From assembly GCA_963760795.1 (NCBI GenBank), contig CAVXEP010000020.1, positions 161,807 through 225,806 of the forward strand: a DNA stretch of 64,000 nt, in the 5' to 3' direction. Below the pieces are notes generated by a model that was given only the letters and a program-made list of their open reading frames with translations, ran no database searches and was not told where the DNA came from. A program made the position numbers and the translations under genes. Below are positions 1 to 10,290 of the stretch, in pieces (within the stretch, counting starts at the first letter, position 1; each line of letters opens with the position of its first letter). The stretch comes from an uncultured delta proteobacterium. Its GTDB lineage: Bacteria > Desulfobacterota > Binatia > UBA9968.

Positions 1-1
1 C

Positions 2-961
2 CAGCAGTTCTGGGTCATCGACGGTAAAGTCCGCGGTTTTCGTTTCCCTGCGTTCTCGGACGACGAACTGGACAAACGCCAACAGCAGGTCGGCCGCAAA
101 TTCGCCGATCAACAAGCATCCCGTGAACTCGGCAACGTCGATTTGCGCTTGGAATATATGGACGCCACCGGTGTCGATGTCCAGGTGTTGCACAATACCA
201 TTTTCATCGAATCCTGCGCCGATCGTCCGGCCGCCGACGTCGCGCTGTGCAAGAGTTGGAACCGCTGGCTCGCCGACATCTGGAAACAAAGCAACGGCCG
301 GCTGCGCTGGTCTTGCATGCCGCCGCTCCTCAGCATGCCAGATGCTTTAGATCAAATCCGCTGGGCCAAAGAGAACGGCGCCGTCGCCGTCTGCTTACGC
401 CCGGTGGAAGGCAATCGCTTGCTCGCCGATCCTTATTTCTACCCGGTCTACGAAGAGGCGCAGAAGCTCGACATGGCGATCGCTATTCACATCGCCAACG
501 GCAGCCCGTGGCTGAACGACCTGTACAATCATCCGACCCGCATCGCGGCAACGCTGCACCGCTTCCGCGTGCCGACGGTGGCGTCGTTCAACGATATCCT
601 GCTGAGCGAGATCCACGAGCAGTTTCCCAAGCTGCGCTTCGGCTTCATCGAAGCCAGCGCCCAGTGGGTGCCCTGGGTGATGCATGAAGCCAAGAACCGT
701 TTCAAAACCATGGGCCGCAAGTTGCCCGACAACTTGCTCAAAGAGTACGGCATGTTTGTCACCTGCGAAAACTCCGATGACCTTCCCTACATCGTGCGCG
801 AAGCCGGCGAGGATAATCTGGTCATCGGTACCGACTACGGCCACACCGATATCTCCAGCGATGTCGATGCGATCAGAATCTTTCGCCAGCGCAGCGACCT
901 GACGCCGGCGGTCAAGGAGAAAATCTTGAGCGACAACTCGCGCGCGCTCTACGCGCTATGA
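2..961 (+). CDS. Amidohydrolase_2 family protein (5' truncated by window edge)
   Basis: Frame is open from base 2. Motifs MDATGVD, IHIA, FIEASAQW and GTDYGH. Confidence 0.9.
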   Translation, partial: QQFWVIDGKVRGFRFPAFSDDELDKRQQQVGRKFADQQASRELGNVDLRLEYMDATGVDVQVLHNTIFIESCADRPAADVALCKSWNRWLADIWKQSNGRLRWSCMPPLLSMPDALDQIRWAKENGAVAVCLRPVEGNRLLADPYFYPVYEEAQKLDMAIAIHIANGSPWLNDLYNHPTRIAATLHRFRVPTVASFNDILLSEIHEQFPKLRFGFIEASAQWVPWVMHEAKNRFKTMGRKLPDNLLKEYGMFVTCENSDDLPYIVREAGEDNLVIGTDYGHTDISSDVDAIRIFRQRSDLTPAVKEKILSDNSRALYAL

Positions 962-990
962 GATCGGCATGATTCGCCGGGACAGGAACA

Positions 991-1962
991 ATGAGCGTTG
1001 CCGCCGTTCTGTGGATAATTTTCGCGGTCGGCGTCGCTCCGAGCGATCTCGGCGCGCAGAGCACTGCGAAAAAAGTCCGCCTCGGCATCCAGTCCAACAA
1101 CATCGGCTTTCTGCCGTTTCATCTCGCCTATCATAAAGGCTACTACCGCGAGCAGGGCATCGACTTGGAGACCATTTTCATGGCGACCCAGGCGGTCAAC
1201 GCCGCCTTCGTGCGCGGCGATATCGACTACAGCGCCGCCATCAATGGAATGATTCAGACCATCGTGCGCGGCAACCCGGCCAAGATTCTCGCTTGTGCCG
1301 TCGATCGCCCGTTGATTTCCCTGATCGCACGCAAAGAAATCCGCACGGCACAAGAGTTGAAGGGCAAAAAGATCGGCGGCAGCACCCCGGGCGGCACCGC
1401 GACGTTGATGGCCGACGCCGCGCTCAAGCATTTGGGCTTTCAGGCGGGCCGCGATGTGACCATCGTACCGCTGCGAGAAAACCGCCTGGCAGCGCTGGAA
1501 TCTGGCGCCGTCGACGCCGCGCTTCTCGGCGTGCCGGAAAATATTCTCGCAGTCGACCGCGGTTATAATGAACTGCTGTTCGTCGGCGATATCGTCAATT
1601 TTCCCCAGAACGCCATCGGCGCCTCAGTCAAGCGGATTCAAGAAAGCCCTGACGAAGTCTACGGCATGGTGCGGGCGGCGTTGCGCGCATTGAATTTCGT
1701 TTTAGAGCCGCGCAACCGCGACGAAGTCATCACCATCGTCATGAAACAATGGAAGCTCACCGACCGGCGTATCGCCACGGAGATGCTCCGCCAGTTTAAT
1801 CGCGGCATGGCCCGCGACCTGATGGCCAAGCCCGAAGGCATGCAGCTAATGATCGACTTGGTGCGCGAAGACTCGAAAGTCACCCAACCGTTCACGATCC
1901 CGCAAATCGTTGACTACAGCTTCCTCGAAAAAGCCCGCCGCGATCTCGGTGCGAGCCGTTGA
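991..1962 (+). CDS. ABC-type solute-binding protein, SsuA/NMT1-THI5-like
   Basis: Signal peptide; GYYREQGIDLE, ELKGKKIG, ALESGAVDA and a C-terminal VDYSFL motif. Confidence 0.9.
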   Translation: MSVAAVLWIIFAVGVAPSDLGAQSTAKKVRLGIQSNNIGFLPFHLAYHKGYYREQGIDLETIFMATQAVNAAFVRGDIDYSAAINGMIQTIVRGNPAKILACAVDRPLISLIARKEIRTAQELKGKKIGGSTPGGTATLMADAALKHLGFQAGRDVTIVPLRENRLAALESGAVDAALLGVPENILAVDRGYNELLFVGDIVNFPQNAIGASVKRIQESPDEVYGMVRAALRALNFVLEPRNRDEVITIVMKQWKLTDRRIATEMLRQFNRGMARDLMAKPEGMQLMIDLVREDSKVTQPFTIPQIVDYSFLEKARRDLGASR

Positions 1963-1985
1963 TCCAGTTTGACTGGAATACCGGA

Positions 1986-2236
1986 TTTCACCACGAAGGT
2001 CACGTAGCGCACGAAGTTCGGAATATTATTCATCCGAAAGCTTCGTGTCGTTGCAAGTTTACCCGGCTTGGGTAAATCACCCGGTACAATCCTCCACCCT
2101 TGCACAACCAAGAGGGCGGGCTTCAAACCCGCCTCTACATTTCGGAATTCCAGCTCTGAATTATTTGCGTTCTTTGCGGCCAATTCTCCGAGTCCGAATC
2201 TTCTACACTATGCTCTATGTGCCCTCTGCGGTGAAA
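1986..2236. repeat. Composite intergenic repeat element (TTCACCACGAAG end, GTAG-REP module, TTTGCG 9-mer module, GCGGTGAAA end)
   Basis: Same modules in the same order as at 33380-33711 and 57044-57280. Confidence 0.75.
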
Positions 2237-2313
2237 TTGCTGCGCCGCTTTGTTTCAGCTTTGCCGCCTCTGGCTGATTGTGTTACAGCGTTAACGATTA
2301 GCAGGAGAACAAC

Positions 2314-3327
2314 GTGCGCTTTTATATCAACATTCTCACGACCTACTACCCGGACATCGATCCGCCCTACGATGTCTACTACCAGCAAATTTTGCAGCAG
2401 ATCGAGCTCGCCGAGGAACTGGGCTGGGAATGTTTCATGTTCAATGAACATCACTTCCTCGGCTACGGCGGACTAGTGGCGAATCCCGCCGTGCTGTTGG
2501 CCACCGCGGCGGCGCGTACCAAGAAAATCCGCCTCGGCCCTTGCATCGCCATCCTGCCGCTGCGCCATCCGCTCCACACCGCCGAAGACTACGCCATGGT
2601 CGACGCCATTTCCGGCGGTCGCTTGGAGTTTGGCATCGGCTCAGGCAACACCGAGATGGATTACCGCGTCTTCGGCGTCACTAGGGAAAACGATCGCGAG
2701 CGCGCCGCCGAAGCCCTCGAAGTGATTTTGAAAGTTTGGTCCAACGAGCGCGCCAGCCATCAGGGCAAGTTCTGGCAATTCGAAGAATTGACGCTTTACC
2801 CGCGGCCAGTGCAACAGCCCCACCCACCGATCTGGGTCGCCGGCACTTCAGCGCAAGGCTTGGGTTGGGCGGGGCTGCAGGGCTATCACATTATGACCGT
2901 CGGCCATCCTCATCCGCCGGAACGAGTTGGCCCCGGCGTCGCGGCTTGGAAGCAAGGCTTGATTGAAGCCGGCATCGATCCCAAAGATCGCCATTGCCAA
3001 TTTCACGTCCGCACTCATGTCAACGAGAACGCCGCGCGCGCCAAAGAGATCGGCATGGCAGCGGTGACACGCTACGACGAGATTTCACGCATCGGCCGCC
3101 GTTCGTTAACCGCCGCGCCGGGAGAATACGACTGGGACATGATGTTGGCCACCGGGAGAAATAACTACGGCGATCCCGGACAGGTGATCCGGGGCATTCA
3201 CAACGCCGGCAAGAACTATTACTTCGACACGCTCACCACCACATTCAATTACGGCGGTATTCCCCATCAGGAAATCTTGAAATCCATGCGCCTGTTCGCC
3301 AAAGAAGTAATGCCGGCATTCAAATAG
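2314..3327 (+). CDS. LLM-class flavin-dependent oxidoreductase
   Basis: AEELGW..NEHHF, GRLEFGIGSG, PRPVQQPHPPIW, FAKEVMP; AGGAG RBS before the GTG start. Confidence 0.92.
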   Translation: MRFYINILTTYYPDIDPPYDVYYQQILQQIELAEELGWECFMFNEHHFLGYGGLVANPAVLLATAAARTKKIRLGPCIAILPLRHPLHTAEDYAMVDAISGGRLEFGIGSGNTEMDYRVFGVTRENDRERAAEALEVILKVWSNERASHQGKFWQFEELTLYPRPVQQPHPPIWVAGTSAQGLGWAGLQGYHIMTVGHPHPPERVGPGVAAWKQGLIEAGIDPKDRHCQFHVRTHVNENAARAKEIGMAAVTRYDEISRIGRRSLTAAPGEYDWDMMLATGRNNYGDPGQVIRGIHNAGKNYYFDTLTTTFNYGGIPHQEILKSMRLFAKEVMPAFK

Positions 3328-3386
3328 ATCCCATGAGCGAACCGGCGCCGTCCGCTGGCAGAAATTATAGATGGAATAATTGGCGC

Positions 3387-3839
3387 CTACTTGGTGCCAG
3401 CGCCGAGGGGTAGGATCTCTAATATAACTTTGGTCATTCCCTGGTGCATGAAGCCGAGGATCCTGGCAGCACGATGCGTGAGGTCGATCACCCGACCAGG
3501 CTGCATCGGACCGCGATCGTTGACCCGCACGATTACGCTCTTGTAATTGCGCAAATTGGTCACCCGCACGAGGGTGCCGAAGGGCAGCGTTTTATGCGCC
3601 GCGGTCAGCCCCTTGTGGTCGAAAGATTCGCCGCTGGCGGTACGGCGCCCCTGAAACGTCGCGTGGTAGAAGGCCGCCAGGCCGGTTTGGTCGGATGGCG
3701 CCGGCTCGGAAGTTTTTTCAAGCTCTTCCAGCGGCGCTGGAGCGTTGTCGTTTTCTGCTTCTTGGCAGAAGGCAATTTCAATTCTTGCCAGGGCCAAGCC
3801 GAGAACTAGCGCACGAACAAGCCCCAATGAAGCAGTCAT
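3387..3839 (-). CDS. rlpA: Septal ring lytic transglycosylase RlpA family (DPBB domain)
   Basis: GRRTASGE, TAAHKTLPFGT, VRVNDRGP, RVIDL. Start moved to ATG 3839, which gives a signal peptide. Confidence 0.9.
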   Translation of the reverse strand: MTASLGLVRALVLGLALARIEIAFCQEAENDNAPAPLEELEKTSEPAPSDQTGLAAFYHATFQGRRTASGESFDHKGLTAAHKTLPFGTLVRVTNLRNYKSVIVRVNDRGPMQPGRVIDLTHRAARILGFMHQGMTKVILEILPLGAGTK

Positions 3840-3844
3840 TGCGG

Positions 3845-4873
3845 CTATTTTAGAATATCTTTCAAGCGCGTGACTAGGGGAGCGTCCAAACGAAGCAGCT
3901 CTGTCACGTTTCGCTCCAATTCTTCTCCTGAACCGGGATTGATTTCCAATCTGGCTTTTTTTGCCTCGGCGAGCAGCTCCGGATCGCGAATCGCCTCCAT
4001 AAAACTCTTGCGTAATATCTCCACAATATTTTTCGGCGTCTCGGGCGGCAGCAAGTACGGCCGCACCGCTGCGCCGTGGCTCTGCGCCACGGCAGCGATC
4101 AATTTTTTTGCTTCGTCGTTCTTGGCAAGGCTCATCGCCAGCGGCAACTTGGGCAGATCGGCATGGGCCTTTGTCGTCAATTGCGCGAGCAGAACCGCTT
4201 CGCCGCTCTCCAACTCTTGGGTCCAGGTCGATTTCAAGGACTGCCACGAGTTGCTCAGACCGGCGACCTCGCCGCTGTTGAAAGCCAAACGAATCGGCGC
4301 GGTACCTTTATAACCGCTGACGATTTGAATGGGCACGCCGAGTGTCGCTTCGATGACTTTGGGGATATCGTAGGTCCCGTCTCCCGGTGCGATGGCGCCG
4401 AACTTGATCGACGTCTTTGAGCTCATCCACTGCTCCATGCTGTTGACGCCACTCGCCTTGGCCACCGTAAGGACGAAATTATCCTGGGCTGGCACACCGA
4501 TATATTCGAAGCGCCGGGCATCGAACTCGATACCGGGCCGGCCGAGGAGTTGCTGCAAAAACTGCCCGCCGACGAAATGACCGATGGTCAAGCCGTCGGC
4601 TTTAGCGACGCGATACATATAGTTGGCCGACAGCAGACCGCCGGCGCCAGGCATGTTGTCGACGATGACATTCGGTGTCCCCGGGATATGTTTGCTAAAG
4701 TGGCGCGCCAAAAGCCTCGTGTACGTGTCGTAGCCGCCGCCGGGCGCAGTGCCCACGATAATGCGGATGGTCTTGCCCTCGTAGTATGGCGTGGCGGTGT
4801 AAGCTGCCGGCACCGGCAGCAACAATGAAGCGATGGCGATGAAAAGAATCTGGATTCGAACTAGTGAAATCAT
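3845..4873 (-). CDS. Tripartite tricarboxylate transporter substrate-binding protein (Bug/TctC)
   Basis: PGGGYD, NMPGAGG, DGLTIG, GYKGTA; signal peptide. Confidence 0.92.
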   Translation of the reverse strand: MISLVRIQILFIAIASLLLPVPAAYTATPYYEGKTIRIIVGTAPGGGYDTYTRLLARHFSKHIPGTPNVIVDNMPGAGGLLSANYMYRVAKADGLTIGHFVGGQFLQQLLGRPGIEFDARRFEYIGVPAQDNFVLTVAKASGVNSMEQWMSSKTSIKFGAIAPGDGTYDIPKVIEATLGVPIQIVSGYKGTAPIRLAFNSGEVAGLSNSWQSLKSTWTQELESGEAVLLAQLTTKAHADLPKLPLAMSLAKNDEAKKLIAAVAQSHGAAVRPYLLPPETPKNIVEILRKSFMEAIRDPELLAEAKKARLEINPGSGEELERNVTELLRLDAPLVTRLKDILK

Positions 4874-5081
4874 TCAGGACACTCCCGTGAAGCAAAGATT
4901 CGACTCATTCGTCTAATAACAAAAGCTAACCTGGGCAACAAGAGCGATTGGTGCTTGACGCCCTCTAACATCTGCCTATGCTGCGCGGCAATCGTGAAAT
5001 ACGATTCGATTCAACTCGAAGAAATCAAGCGGCGAAAAAACAATGAATATTCAGCGTGACTGGGCGCGCACTAGAGCGATA

Positions 5082-6110
5082 CTACTTCAATGTCTCTTTC
5101 AACTTCGCGACTAACGCCGGCTCAATTTTGAACAACTCGCGCACCTGTTTTTGAATCTCTTCACCGTCGATAGGGTCGAGATCGAGCTTGGCCTTTTGCG
5201 CGTCGGCAACGAACTCAGGATCTTTCATCGTCTCCATGAAGGCTTTGCGCAACAGCAGGACGCGATCCTTGGCGGTGCCTGGCGGCAGGACGTAGAAGCG
5301 ATTGAGCACGCCGTTGACGCGCGCTGTGGTGAGGATCATCTTGCGTGCTTCTTCGCTCTTGGTCAGATCGGCGGCCCAGGGGACGTTGGGAATATCCGGG
5401 TGGGGCTTCAAATTGGCTTGAACGAGATAAGTCACTTCACCCTTGTCCAACTCGGCGCGCCAGGTCGATCGAAACGATTCCAGAGAATTGCTGATGCCAT
5501 GCACTTCGCCGGCATTGAATGCCAGCCGCACCGGCCCGGTGCCTTTGTAGCCCGACACCATTTGCAGCGGCAATCCCAAGGTCGCCTTCAATACTTTTGG
5601 AATATCGTCGGTGCCACCGCCGGGCGCCACGCCGCCAATCTTCAGTACCGTGCCCGACGCCTTCCACTGTTCAACGCTCGTAATACCGGTGGACTTAGCG
5701 ATGCCGATAATGAAATTATCCTGCGCCGGCACGCCCAAGTACTCGAACTTGGGGCCATCGAACGCTACGCCCGGCAAGCCTAGAATTTGTTGAAAGACCA
5801 GACCGCCGACGAAATTGCCAATGGTGAGTCCATCCGGCTTGGCGACTTTGTAGACATGATTCGCCGCCAGCAAACTCGCCGCCCCCGGCATATTGTCGAC
5901 CACCATCGCCGGCGTTCCAGGAATATGTCTCCCCATATGGCGCGCGATCACTCGCGAGTAGGTATCGAAGCCGCCGCCCGGCGCCAGACCGACGATCAGT
6001 CGAATGGTTTTGCCTTTGAAGAACCCATCCTGCGCAAAAAGAACCGCTGGCGAATTGATTGCCACCGTGAACACGAGCACCGCCAATACACGGGCCATGA
6101 GCGAAACCAT
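5082..6110 (-). CDS. Bug/TctC family substrate-binding protein
   Basis: PGGGFD, NMPGA, PDGLTIG, GYKGTG; GGAGG RBS before ATG 6110. Confidence 0.92.
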   Translation of the reverse strand: MVSLMARVLAVLVFTVAINSPAVLFAQDGFFKGKTIRLIVGLAPGGGFDTYSRVIARHMGRHIPGTPAMVVDNMPGAASLLAANHVYKVAKPDGLTIGNFVGGLVFQQILGLPGVAFDGPKFEYLGVPAQDNFIIGIAKSTGITSVEQWKASGTVLKIGGVAPGGGTDDIPKVLKATLGLPLQMVSGYKGTGPVRLAFNAGEVHGISNSLESFRSTWRAELDKGEVTYLVQANLKPHPDIPNVPWAADLTKSEEARKMILTTARVNGVLNRFYVLPPGTAKDRVLLLRKAFMETMKDPEFVADAQKAKLDLDPIDGEEIQKQVRELFKIEPALVAKLKETLK

Positions 6111-6227
6111 ATGTTCCTCCCGCGATAACTGACTATCGAGCACAATCGATCTCCCGCCAGACACGATGTGATAGCGCCTAAAGTAACTTTTTATGAGCCG
6201 GATCATCGGACCATTCACCCTTGACCA

Positions 6228-7238
6228 TCACCGGCCAAGCCCGGCGATAAAACCGCTTTTATCCAGCTCCTGCAGAATGCTGTCGTCGTAGAACCGTTTG
6301 GGATCTTGACCTTTTGCCTTGGGATTGACCAGAGCCAGTTCATCGATCACCGTGCGAAACGATTCCGCGCTCGGCGTCGGCATGCGCTTCAAATACTTAG
6401 TCACGGAAACCTCGTAGGTCTCTTCCATCATCTCGCGGTCCTTGGTGCGGAAATACTTCATCAGCATTTCGATGGTGAACGCTTTGTCCCGCTTGATTCG
6501 GGCGGTCGCCTCAAGAATCGATTTCACATAACTGGTCACAACATCGCGGCGCTGATTCATGAAACTCTTGCGCACGGTGATGCCGGTCGACGCGTAGGGA
6601 ACCCCAAGCGAAGCGATGTCGAGCAGCTCGCGAAACCCCTCCCGGCGCGCCTGAATCAAATTGGGATAAGACAAAATCGCCCCTTGAATGCGCCCGCCGC
6701 GCAGCGCCGCGACGCCCGAGGAAACCGCGCCCACTTGCACCAGCATTACGTCCTTCATTGCTTCCAAACCGTAATGATGCAGCGCCATACGCGCCGCGGT
6801 ATCGATGGAAGTGCCGAACCGGCTGATGCCCACCGCCTTGCCTTTCAACTCCTCCGCGCGCTGAATGCTCGGAATCGTCATCAGACTCGTCACCAAACGC
6901 TCCGTGGTGATCGCCAGCGATACGACATCCGAGCCGCCGATGGCCGCGCTCGCCGTCGTGCTGCCGGCAATGGCAAGGAACTCGATCTCGCCGGCGATCA
7001 TCGCCGCCATTCCCTCCGTGCCGCTGGGAAACGCCACGAGATCGATGTCGAGGCCATATTTCTTGTAGTACCCAGCATCCTTCGCCGCCCAATACGGCGC
7101 CATGTTCCCGGAGAGCGAAGCATAGCCGGCACGCAACCGGCGGCCATCTTGCGCCGAGCCCGGCGACGAAGAACAGACCACACCAACCGACATTACGGTC
7201 ACGAAAAACAGAACTCGAAAAGACAAATACTTCATCAT
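6228..7238 (-). CDS. ABC-type solute-binding protein, SsuA/NMT1-THI5-like
   Basis: GYYKKYGLD, ELKGKAVGISRFG; GAGGAG RBS; signal peptide. Confidence 0.9.
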   Translation of the reverse strand: MMKYLSFRVLFFVTVMSVGVVCSSSPGSAQDGRRLRAGYASLSGNMAPYWAAKDAGYYKKYGLDIDLVAFPSGTEGMAAMIAGEIEFLAIAGSTTASAAIGGSDVVSLAITTERLVTSLMTIPSIQRAEELKGKAVGISRFGTSIDTAARMALHHYGLEAMKDVMLVQVGAVSSGVAALRGGRIQGAILSYPNLIQARREGFRELLDIASLGVPYASTGITVRKSFMNQRRDVVTSYVKSILEATARIKRDKAFTIEMLMKYFRTKDREMMEETYEVSVTKYLKRMPTPSAESFRTVIDELALVNPKAKGQDPKRFYDDSILQELDKSGFIAGLGR

Positions 7239-7417
7239 CACTCCTCGACTATTCTTGAAAGCCTTGCACGGGTCACGCCGGAGCGCGAGCTTAAGTAAAT
7301 GATACAATTGAAGAAAGATTTCCCGCTACGCTTGAAAATGACACGTTGTGAGTTCGCGGTCATCGCCAACGAAGATAAGCATCTCGACTCGACGCCGCCT
7401 GCAACTCAGGCGTTCGC

Positions 7418-8398
7418 TCATCGACCACTTGCAACACCGAGCTCCTGCTGCGCCCGCCGCAAATAGCTCAAGTCCAGATATTTTTCCGGCGCCGGATAGG
7501 GTTTGCTCTTAAACAGTCTGTCGCCCATCAAGTCGATCAAACGCTGGAACCCTTCGCGATTGACCGATCCGTCTTTGCTGATAATCCCTTGGGTCAGATA
7601 TTCGTCGACGGTCACGCGCGTCGACTTGAGCGGAATGCCGGTGCGTTTGGCGACCAATTCGGCGGCTTGCTCGCGGTTGCCGTGGGCCCACTGCATGGCC
7701 CGCACCATCGATTTCAAATAGCGTACCGTCAGCGGACTATTCGCCTCAGCCCACTTGCTGTCGACGATCAAGCTGTGAAACTGCAAGTTAGGAATATAGT
7801 CCGACAGTTTTGCGATCTCCCTAAAGCCCAACTCGCGCGAGCGCGGCAGGTCGCCGCCGAGCAACATCGTCGCCGAAGTGCTGCAAGTCTTGAGACTGGC
7901 GAGCCGCTGGCCGGTGGGACCGTTTTGAATGATCGTGTAGTCGCGGTTGACCTCCAGCCCTTCAGCTTTCAACATCTCACGCAAAAAAATCGTGCTGCCG
8001 GAAACCAAGCTGACCACGCCGATGTTGGTGCCCTTCAGCTCTTTAATGCTTTTGTACTTGGGACAGGTGACGAGAGTGTAAGCGGCCACCGGCACCGTAC
8101 CGCCGATGATCTTCAAAGACGCGCCGCGCTCCACCGCGTTGATCGCCGCCGAGGGATCGACGATGGCGACGTTCACCTGCCCGGCGATGAGCGCCTGGAT
8201 CAACGTATCGGTGGAACCGATCAATACGACATCGCCTTGAATGCCTTCCTGGCTAAAAAATCCCCTGTCGGTGGCGGCATAGTTCGGCAATTGCTCGACC
8301 GTGCGCGAGACATTGCCAATGATTACTCGGTCCGCGGCATTGGCCGACATAGTGAAGAAAAACACGATCAACCACGCTGCCACGGCTATGAAGGTCAT
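7418..8398 (-). CDS. ABC-type solute-binding protein, SsuA/NMT1-THI5-like
   Basis: GFFSQEGI, ELKGTNIGV, YLDLSYL; GGAGG RBS before ATG 8398. Confidence 0.88.
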   Translation of the reverse strand: MTFIAVAAWLIVFFFTMSANAADRVIIGNVSRTVEQLPNYAATDRGFFSQEGIQGDVVLIGSTDTLIQALIAGQVNVAIVDPSAAINAVERGASLKIIGGTVPVAAYTLVTCPKYKSIKELKGTNIGVVSLVSGSTIFLREMLKAEGLEVNRDYTIIQNGPTGQRLASLKTCSTSATMLLGGDLPRSRELGFREIAKLSDYIPNLQFHSLIVDSKWAEANSPLTVRYLKSMVRAMQWAHGNREQAAELVAKRTGIPLKSTRVTVDEYLTQGIISKDGSVNREGFQRLIDLMGDRLFKSKPYPAPEKYLDLSYLRRAQQELGVASGR

Positions 8399-8411
8399 CG
8401 CAGCCTCCGCA

Positions 8412-9281
8412 TCATGGATTCTGGTAGTAGTTCGCATAGTAGTAATCCGCAATCTCCGCTCCGGTCGCTTTCCACACGCCGTCATGGGAACAGATGTACT
8501 CCAGCGCCTTGTCGAGATATTTGATACGAAATGCCAAGCCGATGACGAACGGATGGAGAGGAATCGTCATCACCCGCGCCTGGCTCGCACCTTCGAGGTA
8601 AAGCGTATCGAACTGATCGCAGACCATTTGTAACCAGTCTTTCGGCGTGTGGCCGCCCTGAAAAATCACCCGGATGTCGTTTAGACCTTGCTGGTAAGGA
8701 ATCGCGATCATGCGGCCCGACTGCACCCGCATGGCGCAGGGCTGATCGTCAAAACCCCAATCGCAGACGTAATCGAATCCTTCAGCGGCCAAATGATCGA
8801 GCGTATGCGGGCTCTCGTCGCCGCCACCGGGACCGAGCCAACCGCGCGGCGCTTTGCCGGTGGCCGACGCAATCGTATCGCGGATCTGGCGGATCACGCC
8901 GCGCTCTTCGTCGGCGGGATATTGATTCATGCGCGTATTGTTGGTGACTCCGTGACCGAGCCATTCCCAATTTCGTCGATTGCCTTCCTCGATAATCGCC
9001 GGATGGTGCGCGCAGACATCGGCGTTGAGTAACACGCTGGCGCGCAGCGAATGTTTATCCAACACCTCCATCATGCGAAACACGCCGATGCGCGAGCCAT
9101 AGTCGCGCAGCGCATAGCCGGTCACATCTGGCAATGCGGAACTCGTGGCGCCGGGAATCACCTTGTCGATATGGAAGAACTCGATATTAGGCGCCACCAT
9201 GAGCGCGATCCGCGCGCCGTTGGGCCATTTGAACGGCTTGCGCCTGACAATCGCCGAGTAATCGTAACGCTCAGTTTGCAT
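8412..9281 (-). CDS. Polysaccharide deacetylase family protein, PuuE allantoinase-like
   Basis: WPNGARIA..NIE, RDYGSRIG, PRGWLGPG, DDQP, LHPF. Confidence 0.88.
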   Translation of the reverse strand: MQTERYDYSAIVRRKPFKWPNGARIALMVAPNIEFFHIDKVIPGATSSALPDVTGYALRDYGSRIGVFRMMEVLDKHSLRASVLLNADVCAHHPAIIEEGNRRNWEWLGHGVTNNTRMNQYPADEERGVIRQIRDTIASATGKAPRGWLGPGGGDESPHTLDHLAAEGFDYVCDWGFDDQPCAMRVQSGRMIAIPYQQGLNDIRVIFQGGHTPKDWLQMVCDQFDTLYLEGASQARVMTIPLHPFVIGLAFRIKYLDKALEYICSHDGVWKATGAEIADYYYANYYQNP

Positions 9282-10286
9282 ACTTTTCTCCCGATTTTCG
9301 ATCCGAACCCTTCACTCCTGGCCTTTGCTCTTTACCCAATGCGAATCCGGAATATGCGTCTCGATGCACTGTCATATACCAGCGCGCGATCTCCGCGCGG
9401 CTGGGAAACCAAACCCTGTCACGCGCCTGGGCGTACTCGACGAACTCGCGCAGCGCGCCGATGCGATGGGCATGGCCCATCACATGGGGATGCAGGCCAA
9501 CATTCATGATGCGCCCAGTCGCCGCGCCTTCCGAGTAAAGTTGATCGAAGCAAATTTTCAAGGTCTCCAGTCCCGCCGACGCCGACATGCCGCCGCGGGC
9601 GAACAGATTAAAGTCGTTGATGTCGTTGGAATAAGGCACGCAGACGATGGGCCCATTGCTAGTCTGAATCAAATAGGGCTGGTCGTCGTTCAAATAGTCG
9701 CAATAAGCGAGCAAACCGAACTCTTTCAAAAATGCCGGCGTGTGCAGCGTGCCGCGGATCGCCGACGACAGCCACGCCTGGGCCGGGCGGCCGACGACCT
9801 TTTCGTAAGTATCGAGCGTGCGCCGAATCACCGCGCGTTCTTCATCCGGGGATTGTCGGCGTAGTAAGTCAGCAAATCGTTCTGCGCCCAGTTGTGCGGC
9901 ACCAGTTCCCAACCCCGCTCGTTGCAGGCGTCGACGATGCGACGGCGCTCGGTCATGGTCAGGCCGTTGATCGTGCACGACGGCTTGACTGCCGTTTTGT
10001 CGAACATCTCGATCATGCGCCAGACGCCGATCCGCTGGCCATACTCGCGCCAAGTCCAGTTCGCCGTATCGAGCACATCCCCCGGCAGCGCATGGGGAAT
10101 CGTCATCGGCCCGCCGGTAAACAACGGCTCCTTCTGTCCCGGACGCGACGGCTCCCAGTATTCTAAATTAATCGTGATAATCAGCGCCAGCTGCGCGCCA
10201 TCGGGAAAGCGTAGCGGCCCGCGGTCGGGAAGCGGCACGAAAGGGTAGTAGGAAGGCGGGGTTGAATTGCTTACGTCGTATGGCAT
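9271..10286 (-). CDS. Polysaccharide deacetylase family protein, PuuE-like (apparent frameshift ~9850)
   Basis: N-half in ORF 9828..10286 (NLEYW, REYGQRIG) joins the C-half in ORF 9271..10053 (DDQPY, LHPHV) across a CCCC run. The true 3' end is uncertain. Confidence 0.82.
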
Positions 10287-10290
10287 GGGC

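Noticed and set aside
3840-4247. Long N-terminal extensions in the ORF track (rlpA to 4247, SBP to 11652, amidohydrolase to 62227)
   Set aside because: They overlap neighbouring genes; downstream starts give a proper RBS or signal peptide.
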